A DNA stretch of 64,000 nt from assembly GCA_035495655.1 (NCBI GenBank), contig DATJFM010000091.1:968-64967 (forward strand), in the 5' to 3' direction. This DNA comes from Steroidobacteraceae bacterium. GTDB lineage: Bacteria; Pseudomonadota; Gammaproteobacteria; Steroidobacterales; Steroidobacteraceae. Below are positions 1 to 11,600 of this stretch, in pieces (position 1 is the first letter of the stretch; every line of letters begins with the position of its first letter). A program made the translations under genes and the position numbers. The notes beneath the pieces are model-generated. The model had not been told where the DNA came from. It did not search any database and worked only from the letters and a program-made list of their open reading frames with translations.

Positions 1-381
1 CTGGCGATCGTACTCCGACTGCGCATCGAGCAGCTGTGCCTCCTGCGAGGCAAGCTTCGCCTGGTAAGGCTCGGGCTCGATGACGAACAGCAGCTGCCCG
101 GCCTTGACGAGGCTGCCATCCTGGAATTCGACCGATCGCAGATAGCCCTCGACGCGCGCGACCAGATCAACCGATTTGGAAGCCGCGACGTTGCCGGTCG
201 TTTCGAGATAGTCGGCGACCGATAATTTGAGCGGCTTGCTCACGGTTACCGGTGGCGGGGGTGGCGGCTCATAGCGGTTGCGTTTGCCACAGGCCGCGAG
301 ACCCGTCGCGGCCAGGGCCGCGAGGATGAGAGCGGCGAGGCGTGTCCGACTATGCTCAGTGTGCCGTAGTAGTCTCAGCAT
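1..381 (-). CDS. efflux transporter periplasmic adaptor (membrane-fusion) subunit; N-terminal part only, runs off the left edge
   Basis: Own minus-strand translation from ATG (379-381): MLRLLRHTEHSRTRLAALILAALAATGLAACGKRN...VTVSKPLKLSVADYLETTGNVAASKSVDLVARVEGYLRSVEFQDGSLVKAGQLLFVIEPEPYQAKLASQEAQLLDAQ. It has a LAAC lipobox and the lipoyl-like hairpin pattern of RND-type adaptors. It is absent from the ORF track because it is open at the window edge. Confidence 0.75.
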   Translation of the reverse strand, partial: MLRLLRHTEHSRTRLAALILAALAATGLAACGKRNRYEPPPPPPVTVSKPLKLSVADYLETTGNVAASKSVDLVARVEGYLRSVEFQDGSLVKAGQLLFVIEPEPYQAKLASQEAQLLDAQSEYDRQ

Positions 382-1939
382 GGTTTCCCTGCGGTTCCTC
401 TTCCGGGACGGGCAAACGCGGCCCCTCATCGGGCATTCTTCCCCAGTTGGTACGGTCCTTCATTTCCTTGCGCGCCGGAGCAGACAGCAGCTCCTGACCA
501 CTGCGCAGCTGCCAGCCGCCGCCGAGCGCCCGGTACACCGAAACCAGGGCGAGCGGAACGCCGCCACGGGCGCTTGCGAGTGCATCCTGAATCTGCAGCA
601 GCAGCCCCTGAGCGGTGAGCACGGTGGTGTAGTCGGTGGCGCCCTCCTTGTAGCGCACGACGGCGAGATCGACGCTGCGCTGGGCCGCTGCTGCCGCATC
701 GTTGAGACTCGCCAATGCCTCCTGCGCGGCGGCGAACGCGGCGCGCGCGTCCTCGACCTCCTGCTGGGCCTGCAGCACGGTGTTCTGATAGCTGAAGACG
801 GCCTGCTGGAACGCGGCGTCCTGCACGCGTACCGAGTTCACGATCCGTCCGTAGTTGAGGATCGGAAAGACGAAGGAGCCGGTGGCCGTCGCAGCGCGAT
901 TGTCCCAGTTGAACAGATCGCCGAGCGATCCGTTACGCAGCGTGGTCGACACAAAGCCGAAGCTGCCGCCGAGCGAAAAGGAGGGGAAGAGCTCCGCCTT
1001 CGCCACGCCGATGCCGGCCGATTGGGCCGCGGCGGCAAGTTCCGCCTGGAGCACATCCGGACGCCGCCGCAACAGATCGCGTGGCATCCCGGTCGCCACC
1101 GCGGCCGGCGCACTCGGGATGGGACTCGGCACATCGAGATGCGCCGCGACCACATCCGGGCTGGTGCCGAGGAGCACGGCGAGCGAGTCCTCGTTCGAGC
1201 GCAGCGAGCTTTGGAGGCTCGGGATCGAGGCCTGCGTCTGCGCGAGCTGCGTGAGCGCCTGCTGCACATCGAGCTCGCTCGTCTCGCCGTACTCGAATTG
1301 CGCCCGCGCGATGCGCAGACTCTCCTGCTGGGTTTTCACATTGCCCTGTGCGAACTCGATGCGCTCCTGCAGCGTGCGGATGTTGAGATAGGCGCTCGCC
1401 ACCCCGGCGGTGAGACTCACGAGCGCGCTGTCATAGGCGGCCACCGAGGCGAGCATCGCGGCGCGATCCGACTCGATGCCACGGCGGTACTTTCCCCAGA
1501 AGTCGAGCTCCCACGTGGCACTCAGTCCGAGCTGCGCCGAGCTCAGCACCGGATTTGCCTGCGGCAGCACCAGGGTGGCTTTGCTCTGCCGCTGGTATTG
1601 CGCGCCCCCGGCGAGCACCTGCTGTTGAGGGAAGAGCTCGCCCACGGCGACGTTCAGCTGCGCCTGCGCCTGCAGGACTCGCGCCGCGGCAATCTGCAGA
1701 GACAGATTGTTGTGATAGGCCGTATCGATGAGCGCATCGAGCGTCGGATCGTTGAAAACGCGCCACCAGTTGGCGGTGTCGGGCGCGGGAGCCGGCGCGG
1801 GCGCGGCCTCGGGCGGCTCGGAGATCCAGTGCGCGGCGACGGTAGAGGAGGGGCGCGCAAAGTCCGGGCCGACCTTGCAACCATGCAATGCGAACAGCGC
1901 GCATGCCACCGCTGGGATGCGTGATCGATCGAGCGTCAT
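356..1939 (-). CDS. efflux outer-membrane factor lipoprotein (NodT/TolC-like family)
   Basis: ORF 356..2107(-). Start moved to MTLDRSRIPAVACALFALHGCKVGPDF (signal peptide plus LHGC lipobox). Two long helical/coiled repeats typical of the OMF family (..LTQLAQTQASIPSLQSSL.., ..LLQIQDALASARG.., YRALGGGW near the C-terminus). Confidence 0.9.
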   Translation of the reverse strand: MTLDRSRIPAVACALFALHGCKVGPDFARPSSTVAAHWISEPPEAAPAPAPAPDTANWWRVFNDPTLDALIDTAYHNNLSLQIAAARVLQAQAQLNVAVGELFPQQQVLAGGAQYQRQSKATLVLPQANPVLSSAQLGLSATWELDFWGKYRRGIESDRAAMLASVAAYDSALVSLTAGVASAYLNIRTLQERIEFAQGNVKTQQESLRIARAQFEYGETSELDVQQALTQLAQTQASIPSLQSSLRSNEDSLAVLLGTSPDVVAAHLDVPSPIPSAPAAVATGMPRDLLRRRPDVLQAELAAAAQSAGIGVAKAELFPSFSLGGSFGFVSTTLRNGSLGDLFNWDNRAATATGSFVFPILNYGRIVNSVRVQDAAFQQAVFSYQNTVLQAQQEVEDARAAFAAAQEALASLNDAAAAAQRSVDLAVVRYKEGATDYTTVLTAQGLLLQIQDALASARGGVPLALVSVYRALGGGWQLRSGQELLSAPARKEMKDRTNWGRMPDEGPRLPVPEEEPQGNHAETTTAH

Positions 1940-2124
1940 CAATGCCCCGCCAGACGAGCTCGGAGGGCTCCCGAGGATGCGTGTTGGAAGCAATTCTCTC
2001 GAGGAGCGACCGTAGTCTAATGCATGACTGCCGCGCTGCGGCGTCAAGCATGAAAGGCAGCTGAGGTCAAGCCTGAGGTCTGCGCGCGCAGGCGCAAAAG
2101 CAACCATGGCGCTGCTACAATGCG

Positions 2125-2169
2125 GCCCCCTGAAAACGGGGGCAGGTCACGGTCGGATCTGCTTTTTTT
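2125..2169 (+). promoter_or_regulatory. nuoA leader: GC hairpin (GCCCCC-tgaaaac-GGGGGC) followed about 20 nt later by a T7 run; a TACAAT -10-like hexamer lies just upstream (about 2116-2121)
   Basis: Read directly from the sequence between the divergent efflux gene and the nuoA ATG (2185). No experimental support. Confidence 0.3.
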
Positions 2170-2184
2170 ACTCACTCAGGTCGC

Positions 2185-2553
2185 ATGCTGTCGAATTACC
2201 TGCCGATTCTCATTTTCCTGGTCGTCGCCTCCGGCCTGGCTATGGTCCTGCTGGTGCTTGGCAGCGGCCTCGGCCGCTACTTCTCGCGCTTCCACGATGA
2301 CCCGGCCAAGCTTGCGCCCTACGAATGCGGCTTCGAGGCCTTCGCGGACGCCCGCACCAAATTCGACGTGCGCTACTACCTGGTGGCCATCGTATTCATC
2401 GTGTTCGATCTGGAGATCGCGTTCCTGTTTCCCTGGGCGGTGGCGCTCGGCCGGATCGGAACGCTCGGCCTCGCCTCGATGGGTATCTTCCTCGGCATTC
2501 TCGTGGTCGGGTTCATCTACGAGTGGAAGAAGGGAGCGCTCGAGTGGGATTAG
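2185..2553 (+). CDS. nuoA: NADH-quinone oxidoreductase subunit A
   Basis: 122 aa, three TM segments; ..[35 protein letters not shown].. is the NuoA/ND3 signature; first gene of a collinear nuoA-N set. Confidence 0.97.
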   Translation: MLSNYLPILIFLVVASGLAMVLLVLGSGLGRYFSRFHDDPAKLAPYECGFEAFADARTKFDVRYYLVAIVFIVFDLEIAFLFPWAVALGRIGTLGLASMGIFLGILVVGFIYEWKKGALEWD

Positions 2554-3035
2554 CGGCCGAGAACGTGGAGGGGTTCGCGCAGCGCGGCTTCCTCACGGCC
2601 CGTGTCGATGATCTGATCAACTGGGCGCGCACCGGCTCGCTGTGGCCGGTGACCTTCGGCCTCGCCTGCTGCGCGGTCGAGATGATGCACGCCGGCGCCT
2701 CGCGCTACGACCTCGACCGCTTCGGCGTGATTTTCCGCCCGAGTCCGCGGCAGTCGGATGTCATGATCGTGGCCGGCACGTTGGTGAACAAGATGGCTCC
2801 AGCGCTGCGCAAGGTATATGACCAGATGGCCGAGCCGCGCTGGGTGATCTCCATGGGCTCGTGCGCCAATGGCGGCGGCTACTATCACTATTCGTACTCG
2901 GTGGTGCGCGGCTGCGACCGCATCGTGCCGGTGGATGTCTACGTCCCGGGGTGCCCGCCGACCGCGGAAGCGCTGTTCTACGGCATCCTGCAGCTGCAGA
3001 AGAAGATCGCGCGTACCAGCACCATCGCGAGATAA
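2544..3035 (+). CDS. nuoB: NADH-quinone oxidoreductase subunit B
   Basis: In ORF 2325..3035. GTG at 2544 is preceded by AAGGGAG at about 7 nt; an alternative GTG lies at 2565. [45 protein letters not shown] (N2 Fe-S cysteines). Confidence 0.95.
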   Translation: MGLAAENVEGFAQRGFLTARVDDLINWARTGSLWPVTFGLACCAVEMMHAGASRYDLDRFGVIFRPSPRQSDVMIVAGTLVNKMAPALRKVYDQMAEPRWVISMGSCANGGGYYHYSYSVVRGCDRIVPVDVYVPGCPPTAEALFYGILQLQKKIARTSTIAR

Positions 3036-3058
3036 GCGCACATGAGGTGGTTGGAGAG

Positions 3059-3754
3059 ATGAGCGAGCGCATCGAAGCTCTCGCAGGCAAGGTTGACGCG
3101 CAGCTGCAAGGCAGCGTGCGCCGGCTGCCATCGCTCACGCATGAGCTCGCCTACGAGGTGCAGCCGGCGGCGCTGCTGAGCGTATGCCGTACGTTGCGTG
3201 ATCGGGCGGAGCTGAAGTTCGAGATGCTCATGGACCTCGCGGGCATCGACTACCTGCAATACCGGACTGATGACTGGCAGACCTTCAGCGCCACCCGCTC
3301 GGGCTTCAGCCGCGCCCGGGTGGAAGAGGGCCCGGTAGCCGATCCCGCCGCGCCCGGCCGTTTCGCAGTGGTCTACAACCTGCTCTCCATCTCCCACAAC
3401 CAGCGCGTGCGTCTGGTGGCGAAATGCCCGGACACCGCCGAGCCGGTGCTCGATTCGGTCGTGGACATCTGGGCGAGCGCCAACTGGTTCGAGCGTGAGG
3501 CGTTCGATCTCTTCGGCATTCTCTTCCGCGGCCACCCGGACCTGCGCCGCATCCTCACCGACTACGGCTTCATCGGGCATCCCTTCCGCAAGGACTTCCC
3601 GCTCATTGGCAACGTCGAGGTGCGCTACGACCCCGACCGGCAACGCGTGGTCTATCAGCCAGTGAGCATCGCCCCGCGAGTGCTCGTGCCGAAAGTGATA
3701 CGCCACGATCACCGCTACGAGCCGGCGCTGAAAGACCCTGAGGCACCCCGCTGA
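3059..3754 (+). CDS. nuoC: NADH-quinone oxidoreductase subunit C
   Basis: In ORF 2861..3754, start at MSERIEAL. ..[42 protein letters not shown].. is the 30-kDa subunit signature. Separate from nuoD (not fused). Confidence 0.95.
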   Translation: MSERIEALAGKVDAQLQGSVRRLPSLTHELAYEVQPAALLSVCRTLRDRAELKFEMLMDLAGIDYLQYRTDDWQTFSATRSGFSRARVEEGPVADPAAPGRFAVVYNLLSISHNQRVRLVAKCPDTAEPVLDSVVDIWASANWFEREAFDLFGILFRGHPDLRRILTDYGFIGHPFRKDFPLIGNVEVRYDPDRQRVVYQPVSIAPRVLVPKVIRHDHRYEPALKDPEAPR

Positions 3755-5022
3755 TGGCCGCCTCGCCCAGCACCGAGATCCGCAACTACACCATGAACTT
3801 CGGGCCTCAGCACCCGGCGGCTCACGGCGTGCTGCGCCTCGTGCTGGAGCTCGATGGCGAGGTGATCCAGAAGGCCGACCCGCACATCGGACTGCTGCAC
3901 CGGGCTACCGAGAAGCTCGCCGAATCCAAGCCCTTCAACCAGTCGATCGGTTACATGGATCGGCTCGACTACGTCTCGATGATGTGCAACGAGCACGCCT
4001 ACGTGCTTGCCATCGAGCGGCTGCTCGGCATCGAGCCGCCCGAGCGGGCGCAATACATCCGCGTGCTGTTCGATGAGGTCACGCGCGTCCTGAACCATCT
4101 CATGTTCCTCGGCTCGCACGCGCTCGACATCGGCGCGATGACCGTGTTCCTGCTGTGCTTCAAGCAGCGCGAAGAGCTCATGGATGTGTACGAGGCGGTG
4201 TCGGGCACGCGCATGCACGCCACCTACTATCGCCCGGGCGGGGTATACCGGGACCTGCCCGAGGCAATGCCGAAGTACCAGGCCTCGAAGTGGCGCTCTG
4301 CGAAGGATGCAGCGCGCCTGAATGAGGCGCGCAGTGGCACGCTGTTGGATTTCATCTGGGCGTTCACCGAGGCGTTCCCTGCGGCCGTCGATGACTTCGA
4401 GACGCTGCTCACCGACAACCGCATCTGGAAGCAGCGCACCGTCAACATCGGCGTCGTGAGTCCGGAGCGCGCCATGCAGCTCGGATTCTCCGGTGCCATG
4501 CTGCGCGGCTCCGGCATCGCCTGGGACCTGCGCAAGAAGCAGCCCTACGAAGTGTACGAGCGCATGGACTTCGACATACCGGTGGGGGTCAACGGCGACT
4601 GCTACGACCGCTACCTGGTGCGCGTCGCGGAGATGCGCCAGGCGAACCGCATCATCCGACAGTGTATCGAGTGGCTGCGTGCGCACCCGGGTCCCACGAT
4701 GATCGATGACCGCAAGGTGCGCCCACCGCGGCGCGAGAAGATGAAGGAGGACATGGAAGCGCTCATCCACCACTTCAAATTCTTTACCGAAGGATTCGAA
4801 GTGCCCGAAGGCGACACCTACGCCGCGGTCGAAGCCCCGAAGGGCGAGTTTGCCGTCTATCTGGTCTCGGACGGGGCCAACAAGCCCTACCGGCTCAAGT
4901 GCCGCGCGCCGGGCTTCGCGCACCTCGCTTCGCTCGAGGAGATGGTGCGCGGACACATGATCGCGGATGTGGTGGCCATAATCGGTACGCAGGACATCGT
5001 CTTCGGAGAGATCGACCGGTGA
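3754..5022 (+). CDS. nuoD: NADH-quinone oxidoreductase subunit D
   Basis: 422 aa; [29 protein letters not shown].. and C-terminal ..[14 protein letters not shown]; the ATG overlaps the nuoC stop. Confidence 0.97.
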   Translation: MAASPSTEIRNYTMNFGPQHPAAHGVLRLVLELDGEVIQKADPHIGLLHRATEKLAESKPFNQSIGYMDRLDYVSMMCNEHAYVLAIERLLGIEPPERAQYIRVLFDEVTRVLNHLMFLGSHALDIGAMTVFLLCFKQREELMDVYEAVSGTRMHATYYRPGGVYRDLPEAMPKYQASKWRSAKDAARLNEARSGTLLDFIWAFTEAFPAAVDDFETLLTDNRIWKQRTVNIGVVSPERAMQLGFSGAMLRGSGIAWDLRKKQPYEVYERMDFDIPVGVNGDCYDRYLVRVAEMRQANRIIRQCIEWLRAHPGPTMIDDRKVRPPRREKMKEDMEALIHHFKFFTEGFEVPEGDTYAAVEAPKGEFAVYLVSDGANKPYRLKCRAPGFAHLASLEEMVRGHMIADVVAIIGTQDIVFGEIDR

Positions 5023-5552
5023 ACGAGCGCAGCAGCGTCGGCGTCGGTGGCACGCAGCTGATGAGCAAGGTGTCGCTGCTCGCGGAGCACACCCGCCAGG
5101 AGATCGACCGCTGGGTGGCGAAGTTTCCGGCGGGCCGGCAGCGCTCGGCGTCGATCGCGGCGCTGCGCGCCGCGCAGGAGCAGAACGAGGGTTTTCTCAC
5201 CCCCGACCTCATGGATGCTGTGGCCGAGTACCTGAAGCTGCCGCCGGTACAGATTTACGAGGTGGCGCGCTTCTACTCGATGTTCGAGACCCAGCCGTGC
5301 GGACGCCACCACGTCAGCATCTGCACCAACATCTCGTGCATGCTGAATGGCGGCGAGGAGCTGCTGGAGCACGCAGCCCGGAAGCTCGGCATCCGCGCCA
5401 ATCAGAGCACTCCCGACGGCCGCATCTTCCTCAAGGAGGAGCACGAGTGTCTCGCGGCCTGCACCGGCGCGCCGATGATGATGGTGGATCACATCTTCCA
5501 CGAGCATCTTACGCCCGAGAAGCTCGATGCAATCCTGGATGAGCTGAAGTGA
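5019..5552 (+). CDS. nuoE: NADH-quinone oxidoreductase subunit E (2Fe-2S)
   Basis: Frame of ORF 4899..5552. GTG 5019 overlaps the nuoD stop and follows GGAGAG; an alternative ATG lies at 5061 (MSKVSLL). ..[32 protein letters not shown].. cysteine pattern. Confidence 0.92.
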   Translation: MNERSSVGVGGTQLMSKVSLLAEHTRQEIDRWVAKFPAGRQRSASIAALRAAQEQNEGFLTPDLMDAVAEYLKLPPVQIYEVARFYSMFETQPCGRHHVSICTNISCMLNGGEELLEHAARKLGIRANQSTPDGRIFLKEEHECLAACTGAPMMMVDHIFHEHLTPEKLDAILDELK

Positions 5553-6874
5553 GCGACCTGGAAAGCAAGTACGCCGACCGGATGAATCTGCTGGTGTTCG
5601 AGCCGCTGAAGCTCGAGCGCTCCTGGACGCTCGCCACCTACCGCAGCATCGGCGGCTACGAGGTGTGGGAGCGGCTGCTGCGCGAGAAGCCCCCGCGCGA
5701 GCAGATCATCGATCAGCTCAAAGCCTCGGGACTGCGCGGCCGCGGCGGGGCCGGCTTTCCGACCGGCACCAAGTGGAGCTTCATGCCGCGCAACTCGCCC
5801 GTGCAGAAGTACCTGGTGTGCAACTCCGATGAGAGCGAGCCGGGCACCTGCCACGACCGCGACATCCTGCGCTACAACCCGCACGCGGTGATCGAGGGCC
5901 TCGCCATCGGCGGCTACGCGACCAACACCACGGTCGCGTACAACTACATCCGCGGAGAGTTTCTCGGCGAGCCGGTGCCGCGCTTCGAGGCGGCGCTGGC
6001 GGAAGCCTATGCGGCAGGACTCTTGGGCAAGAATGTGCAGGGCTCAGGGGTCGACTTCGATCTGCACACCTTCGTCGGGGCCGGCGCATACATCTGTGGC
6101 GAAGAGACGGGGCTGCTCGAGTCGCTCGAGGGCAAGACCGGCAAGCCACGCTTCAAGCCGCCGTTCCCGGCGAATTTTGGTGTCTACGGCGCGCCCACGA
6201 CCGTCAACAACACGCTGAGCTTTGCGTCGGTGCCGACCATCCTGCGCAAGGGACCGGCGTGGTTTTCCGGGCTCGGCCCGGCGAACTCCGCCGGCACCAT
6301 GATCTACTCGGTCTCCGGCCACGTGGTCAAGGGCCGCAACATCGAGCTGCCGCTCGGTATTCCGTTCGCGGACCTCTTGGCGCTATGCGGCGGGGTGCGC
6401 GGCGGGCGCAAGCTCAAGGCGGTGATCCCGGGGGGCGTGTCGGTGCCGGTCGTGCCGGGCGAGATCATGCTGAAAACCAACATGGACTACGACTCGGTCA
6501 AGGCCGCCGGCTCGGCGCTCGGCACCGGTGCGGCCATCGTCATGGACGAGACCACCTGCATGGTGCGTGTGCTCGAGCGCATCTCGCGCTTCTACATGGA
6601 CGAGTCGTGCGGGCAGTGCACGCCCTGCCGCGAGGGCACCGGCTGGATGAACCGCATGCTCAAGCGCGTGCTCGCCGGGCAGTCGCGGCGCGAGGAGCTC
6701 GGGCTGTTGCTCGATGTGGCCAACCACATCGAGGGGCACACCATCTGCGCGTTCGGCGACGCCTCGGCGTGGCCGGTGCAGAGTTTCCTCAAGCACTTCC
6801 GCCACGAGTTCGAGTACATGGTCGATCACGGCGGACGGAGCCTCGTCGGGGAGCAGCTGGGAGCGGCGGCCTGA
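5549..6874 (+). CDS. nuoF: NADH-quinone oxidoreductase subunit F (FMN/NADH site)
   Basis: 441 aa; ..[54 protein letters not shown].. Confidence 0.97.
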   Translation: MSDLESKYADRMNLLVFEPLKLERSWTLATYRSIGGYEVWERLLREKPPREQIIDQLKASGLRGRGGAGFPTGTKWSFMPRNSPVQKYLVCNSDESEPGTCHDRDILRYNPHAVIEGLAIGGYATNTTVAYNYIRGEFLGEPVPRFEAALAEAYAAGLLGKNVQGSGVDFDLHTFVGAGAYICGEETGLLESLEGKTGKPRFKPPFPANFGVYGAPTTVNNTLSFASVPTILRKGPAWFSGLGPANSAGTMIYSVSGHVVKGRNIELPLGIPFADLLALCGGVRGGRKLKAVIPGGVSVPVVPGEIMLKTNMDYDSVKAAGSALGTGAAIVMDETTCMVRVLERISRFYMDESCGQCTPCREGTGWMNRMLKRVLAGQSRREELGLLLDVANHIEGHTICAFGDASAWPVQSFLKHFRHEFEYMVDHGGRSLVGEQLGAAA

Positions 6875-6901
6875 GCTCGCCCACCGCAGACGGACACACT
6901 C

Positions 6902-9082
6902 ATGGCGGATGACCTGGTAAACATCGAAGTCGACGGCGTGCCGCTCAAGGCGAAGAAGGGCGAGATGCTCATCCGCGCCACCGACCGCGGCAACATCTAC
7001 GTGCCGCGCTTCTGCTACCACGAGAAGCTGGCGATCGCCGCCAACTGCCGCATGTGCCTGGTCGAGGTGGAGAAGGCGCCGAAGCCACTGCCGGCGTGCG
7101 CCACCCCAGTGGCCGAGGGGATGAAGGTCTCCACCAAGAGCCGGCGTGCCATCGATGCGCAACGCGCCACGATGGAGTTCCTGCTCATCAACCATCCACT
7201 CGATTGTCCGATCTGCGACCAGGGCGGGGAGTGCGAGCTGCAAGACCTCGCGGTCGGCTTCGGCCGCGACATTTCCCGTTACCAGGAACGCAAACGCGCC
7301 GTGGCGGATGAGAACCTCGGTCCGCTCATTGCCACCGACATGACCCGCTGCATCCAGTGCACCCGCTGCGTGCGCTTCACCGAGGAGATCGCCGGTGTGC
7401 AGGAGCTCGGCATGATAGGCCGCGGCGAGCACATGGCGGTGCGCAGCTACATCGAGAGCACGGTGAATCACGAGCTCTCCGGTAACGTCATCGACCTGTG
7501 CCCGGTAGGGGCGCTGGTCGCCAAACCCTCGCGCTTCAGCGCGCGCGCCTGGGAGATGGACGCGGTGCCGCTCATCTCTCCGCACGACGCGGTGGGCTCG
7601 AACCTCTTCGGTCACGTGCTGCGCGGCAGACTGATGCGCGTGTTACCGCGCGAGAACGAGTCGATCAACGAGATATGGATCGCCGACCGCGACCGCTTCA
7701 GCTACGAGGGCATCTACAGTGCCGACCGGCTGCACGCGCCACTCGTGCGGCGCGGCGGCGAGTGGGTGGAGAGCGAATGGGAGCCGGCGCTCACCCTCGC
7801 CGCAGAGCGCCTCAAGGAGCGCGCCGCGAGCTTAGGGGTCCTCGTGAGTCCCTCGAGCACGACCGAGGAGCTCTATCTGGCCGCGCGTCTCGCCCGCGGT
7901 CTCGGCTCGAACAACATCGACCATCGCCTGCGGCAGCGTGACTTCCGTGACCAGGCGGCGGACGCGGCATTGCCCACGCTCGGCATGCGCATCGCCGAGG
8001 TGGATGGCCTGAATGCGCTGCTCGTGATCGGCTCGAACCTGCGCCGTGAGGCGCCGATTCTTGCCCACCGGGTGCGGAAGGCCGCGCTGCGCGGCGCGCA
8101 GGTCACGATGCTGAATCCGGCGCGCTTTCCCTATCTTTTCCCGCTTGCCGGCTACCTCAGTTGCACCCCGGGCGCGATGGCGGGCGAGCTCGCCGCGCTG
8201 CTGAACGCCGCGGCCGCTGCTACAGGTGCAGCCGTTCCCGAGCATCTCGCGGCCGTGGCGCAGGCGGCAGCGGTTACCGATGTGCATCGCGCTGCGGTGA
8301 CGGCGCTGCTCTCCGGGTCCCGCCGCGCGGTCTGGCTCGGGGCGCTCGCGGCGCGCCATCCGGCATTCGCCGATCTGCGCTCACTCGCCGCGGCGCTCGC
8401 GCAGATGTGCGCGGCGAGCTACGGCCGTATCGCCGAGGGCGCGAATGCCGCCGGCGCCTACGTTGCCGGCGCCGTGCCCCATCGCGAGCCGGCCGGGAAG
8501 GTGCTCGCCCAGCCGGGTCTCACCGCGCGCGAGATGCTGGGCGCGCCGCTGCGCGCCTACCTGCTCTTTGGAGGCGTCGAGCCCGGGATCGATACCCTCG
8601 AGCCCGAGGCGCTGCGCACGCTTGCGCAGGCAGAGTTCGTCATCGCGCTCACCCCCTTCGTGAGCGAGGAAGTGAAGAGCTTCGCGCACCTGATCCTGCC
8701 GATCGGTACCTTCGCCGAGACCTCCGGCACTTACGTGAACTGCGAGGGCGTCTGGCAGAGCCAGGCGGGCGCGGCGACGCCCGTCGGGGCGGCGCGCCCG
8801 GGATGGAAAGTGCTGCGCGTGCTCGGCAACCTCCTGAAGCTGCCGCACTTTGACTACCAGTCGTCCGAGCAGGTGCTCGCGGAGCTGCGTGCAGAGTGCA
8901 CAGCGCTTGCGCCGGGCGCCTATAGCGGCCGGCATGCCGTGCCGCCGCCTGGCGATGGCGCGCGTTCTGCGCCGCCGCTGACCGTCACCGACGTGCCCAT
9001 GTACCAGGTCGATGCGCTCGTGCGCCGTGCCGTGTCGCTGCAACGAACGCGGGATGGCCGTGCCGCGCTCGGTACCTACTGA
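6902..9082 (+). CDS. nuoG: NADH-quinone oxidoreductase subunit G
   Basis: 726 aa; N-terminal 2Fe-2S/4Fe-4S cysteine clusters (..[19 protein letters not shown].., ..[18 protein letters not shown].., ..[10 protein letters not shown]..) followed by a molybdopterin-oxidoreductase-like domain. Confidence 0.96.
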   Translation: MADDLVNIEVDGVPLKAKKGEMLIRATDRGNIYVPRFCYHEKLAIAANCRMCLVEVEKAPKPLPACATPVAEGMKVSTKSRRAIDAQRATMEFLLINHPLDCPICDQGGECELQDLAVGFGRDISRYQERKRAVADENLGPLIATDMTRCIQCTRCVRFTEEIAGVQELGMIGRGEHMAVRSYIESTVNHELSGNVIDLCPVGALVAKPSRFSARAWEMDAVPLISPHDAVGSNLFGHVLRGRLMRVLPRENESINEIWIADRDRFSYEGIYSADRLHAPLVRRGGEWVESEWEPALTLAAERLKERAASLGVLVSPSSTTEELYLAARLARGLGSNNIDHRLRQRDFRDQAADAALPTLGMRIAEVDGLNALLVIGSNLRREAPILAHRVRKAALRGAQVTMLNPARFPYLFPLAGYLSCTPGAMAGELAALLNAAAAATGAAVPEHLAAVAQAAAVTDVHRAAVTALLSGSRRAVWLGALAARHPAFADLRSLAAALAQMCAASYGRIAEGANAAGAYVAGAVPHREPAGKVLAQPGLTAREMLGAPLRAYLLFGGVEPGIDTLEPEALRTLAQAEFVIALTPFVSEEVKSFAHLILPIGTFAETSGTYVNCEGVWQSQAGAATPVGAARPGWKVLRVLGNLLKLPHFDYQSSEQVLAELRAECTALAPGAYSGRHAVPPPGDGARSAPPLTVTDVPMYQVDALVRRAVSLQRTRDGRAALGTY

Positions 9083-9095
9083 GGGACGGGCCGCG

Positions 9096-10187
9096 GTGCT
9101 GCACAATCTGACCAGCCTCTGGATCGCGCTTCCTGACTACGCACAGGCGACGGTGTGGATTCTGATCATCACCGTCGCGCTCATCATCTCAGTCGCGCTG
9201 CTGACGCTCTGGGAGCGCAAGGTCATCGGCTGGATGCAACTGCGCCGCGGGCCGAACCGCGTGCGCATCTTCGGCCTCTTTCCCGGACTCGGTCAGCCCT
9301 TTGCGGATGTGTTCAAGCTCCTCATGAAGGAGGTCGTGATCCCGACCAGGTCCAACAAGCTGCTCTTCCGCCTCGCACCGATGATCGCGCTCATTCCGGC
9401 CTTCGCCGCCTGGGCGGTGATCCCGCTGTCACCGACGGTGGTGGTGTCGAAGGCCGACGCGGGGCTTCTCTACCTGCTGTCACTCACCTCCATGGGCGTC
9501 TACGGTGTCATCATCGCCGGCTGGGCGGCGAACTCGAAGTATGCCTTCCTTGGCGCCATGCGCTCGGCGGCGCAGCTGGTGGCGTATGAGATCGCCATGG
9601 GATTCGCGCTGGTCGGTGTGCTCATGGCGAGCGGCAGCATGAATCTCGGCAAGATCGTCGAGACTCAGTCCGGTGGTATCGGCTCGTGGAACTGGTTCTG
9701 GCTGTTCCCACTCTTCATGGTGTATTTCATCTCCGGGATCGCCGAGACCAACCGCGCTCCCTTCGACGTCGCCGAGGGCGAATCCGAGATCGTCGCCGGC
9801 TTTCACGTCGAATACTCGGGCATGGCGTTCGCACTGTTCTTCCTCGCCGAGTACGCCAACATGATCCTGATCTCGACGCTTACCGCGGTGTTCTTCCTCG
9901 GCGGATGGCAGGGCCCACTCGAGGGCTACCCGGGCATGGCCTCCGCTCCCTGGTGGATCGCCTGGCTGGGTGCACCGAGCTTTCTGTGGCTGTTCCTCAA
10001 GGCGTTCGTACTCGTGTTCCTGTTCCTGTGGTTTCGCGCCACCTTCCCGCGCTACCGCTACGACCAGATCATGCGCCTCGGTTGGAAGGCGCTGATTCCG
10101 GTGACACTGGTGTGGCTCGGGGTGGAGATGATCCTGGCCGTGTACCACATCGGGCCATGGGCGCGCCCCTGGTATCACGGAGGGTAG
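9096..10187 (+). CDS. nuoH: NADH-quinone oxidoreductase subunit H
   Basis: In ORF 9012..10187. GTG 9096 lies after the nuoG stop (9082). ..[69 protein letters not shown].. Confidence 0.95.
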   Translation: MLHNLTSLWIALPDYAQATVWILIITVALIISVALLTLWERKVIGWMQLRRGPNRVRIFGLFPGLGQPFADVFKLLMKEVVIPTRSNKLLFRLAPMIALIPAFAAWAVIPLSPTVVVSKADAGLLYLLSLTSMGVYGVIIAGWAANSKYAFLGAMRSAAQLVAYEIAMGFALVGVLMASGSMNLGKIVETQSGGIGSWNWFWLFPLFMVYFISGIAETNRAPFDVAEGESEIVAGFHVEYSGMAFALFFLAEYANMILISTLTAVFFLGGWQGPLEGYPGMASAPWWIAWLGAPSFLWLFLKAFVLVFLFLWFRATFPRYRYDQIMRLGWKALIPVTLVWLGVEMILAVYHIGPWARPWYHGG

Positions 10188-10194
10188 TCGCTCG

Positions 10195-10677
10195 ATGGCC
10201 TGGAACCCACTCAAGACTTTGCTGATGCCCGAGCTCATCAAGGGGCTGGCGGTGACCGCGCGCACCTTGTTCAGCAACAAGTACACGCTCAACTACCCGG
10301 AGGAGAAGACGCCGCAGTCGCCGCGCTTTCGCGGTCTGCACGCGCTGCGCCGCTACCCGAACGGCCAGGAGCGCTGCATCGCCTGCAAGCTGTGCGAAGC
10401 GGTGTGCCCCGCGGTGTGCATCACCATCGATTCGGACGTGGCGCCCGATGGCACCCGGCGCACCACGCGTTACGACATCGATCTGTTCAAGTGCATCTAC
10501 TGCGGCTTCTGCGAGGAAGCGTGCCCGGTGGACGCCATCGTGCTCACCCGAATACACGAATACCACATGGAGAAGCGCGGTGAGAACATCATGAGCAAGG
10601 ACAAGCTGCTCGCGGTCGGTGAGCGCTACGAAGCGATGATCGCGGCGGACAAAGCCGCGGACGCCCCTTACCGATGA
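10195..10677 (+). CDS. nuoI: NADH-quinone oxidoreductase subunit I (2x4Fe-4S)
   Basis: 160 aa; [12 protein letters not shown] and [12 protein letters not shown] ferredoxin motifs. Confidence 0.97.
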   Translation: MAWNPLKTLLMPELIKGLAVTARTLFSNKYTLNYPEEKTPQSPRFRGLHALRRYPNGQERCIACKLCEAVCPAVCITIDSDVAPDGTRRTTRYDIDLFKCIYCGFCEEACPVDAIVLTRIHEYHMEKRGENIMSKDKLLAVGERYEAMIAADKAADAPYR

Positions 10678-10687
10678 GCGCCACGCC

Positions 10688-11293
10688 GTGCTGATCCAGG
10701 TGCTGTTCTACGTGTTCGCGGCCATACTGGTGGCGGCAGCCCTCGGGGTGATCACCTCGCGCAATCCGGTCTACTCGGCGCTTGCGCTGGTGTTGTGCTT
10801 CGTCACGGCGGCGGCCATCTGGCTGCTGCTCGAGGCGGAGTTCCTCGCGGTGGTGCTGGTGCTGGTGTACGTCGGCGCCGTGATGGTGCTGTTCCTGTTC
10901 GTGGTGATGATGCTCGATGTCAGCCTCGAGCGCCTGCGCGAGGGATTCACGCGCTTCGCCTGGCTCGGGGTACTGATTGCGCTCGCGGTGGTCGCCGAGA
11001 TCGTGGGCGTCGTGTGGGTGCGCGGCGGACTCGGCATCGACGTCAGTCACGGCGGCGAGCCGAACCCGGCGAGCTACAGCAACACGCTCGAGCTCGGGCG
11101 CGTGCTCTATACCCGCTACGCCTATCCGCTCGAGCTCGCCGCCATGGTGTTGCTGGTGGCGATCATCGCCGCCATCACGCTCACTCTGCGGCACCGGCCG
11201 GGCTACAAGCAGCAGGACATCTCGGCGCAGGTGGCGGTGCGGGCCGCGGACCGGGTGCGGCTGGTGAAGATGGATCCGGAGCCGCGGCAATGA
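10688..11293 (+). CDS. nuoJ: NADH-quinone oxidoreductase subunit J
   Basis: 201 aa, polytopic; ..[29 protein letters not shown]..; position in the operon. Confidence 0.95.
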   Translation: MLIQVLFYVFAAILVAAALGVITSRNPVYSALALVLCFVTAAAIWLLLEAEFLAVVLVLVYVGAVMVLFLFVVMMLDVSLERLREGFTRFAWLGVLIALAVVAEIVGVVWVRGGLGIDVSHGGEPNPASYSNTLELGRVLYTRYAYPLELAAMVLLVAIIAAITLTLRHRPGYKQQDISAQVAVRAADRVRLVKMDPEPRQ

Positions 11294-11595
11294 TCTCACT
11301 CGCGCAGCAGCTGACGCTTTCCGCGGTGTTGTTCGCGATCGCGGTGGCGGGTGTGTTCCTCAACCGCAAGAATCTCATTCTGCTCCTGATGTGCGTCGAG
11401 CTGCTGCTGCTCGCCGCGAACTTCAACTTCATTGCCTTCTCGCGCTACCTCGGGGACCTGAACGGGCAGGTGTTCGTGTTCTTCATCCTCACGGTCGCTG
11501 CGGCCGAGTCGGCCATCGGCCTCGCCATCCTCGTCGTGCTGTTCCGCGAGCGCCGCACCATCGAGGTCGAGGACCTCAACACGCTCAAGGGCTGA
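11290..11595 (+). CDS. nuoK: NADH-quinone oxidoreductase subunit K
   Basis: 101 aa inside ORF 10795..11595, starting MISLAQQL (the ATG overlaps the nuoJ TGA). ..[32 protein letters not shown].. Confidence 0.96.
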   Translation: MISLAQQLTLSAVLFAIAVAGVFLNRKNLILLLMCVELLLLAANFNFIAFSRYLGDLNGQVFVFFILTVAAAESAIGLAILVVLFRERRTIEVEDLNTLKG

Positions 11596-11600
11596 ACACC

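Noticed and set aside
278-1924. 548-aa plus-strand ORF antisense to the efflux outer-membrane factor gene
   Set aside because: Arg/Ala/Gly/Leu-dominated translation with no motif. The opposite strand encodes a well-formed lipoprotein OMF. This is a typical GC-rich antisense open frame.
3715-4956. 413-aa minus-strand ORF across nuoD, and similar ORFs at 6383..7615, 11658..13676, 11738..13018, 14192..15202 and 14341..15213 across nuoF/G/L/M
   Set aside because: All lie antisense to, or in alternate frames of, unambiguous nuo genes. Their compositions are Arg/Gly/Ala/His-heavy and non-protein-like.
3059-5022. Possible fused nuoCD gene, as in enteric bacteria
   Set aside because: A stop codon ends nuoC at 3752-3754 and nuoD starts with its own ATG overlapping it, so these are two separate genes.
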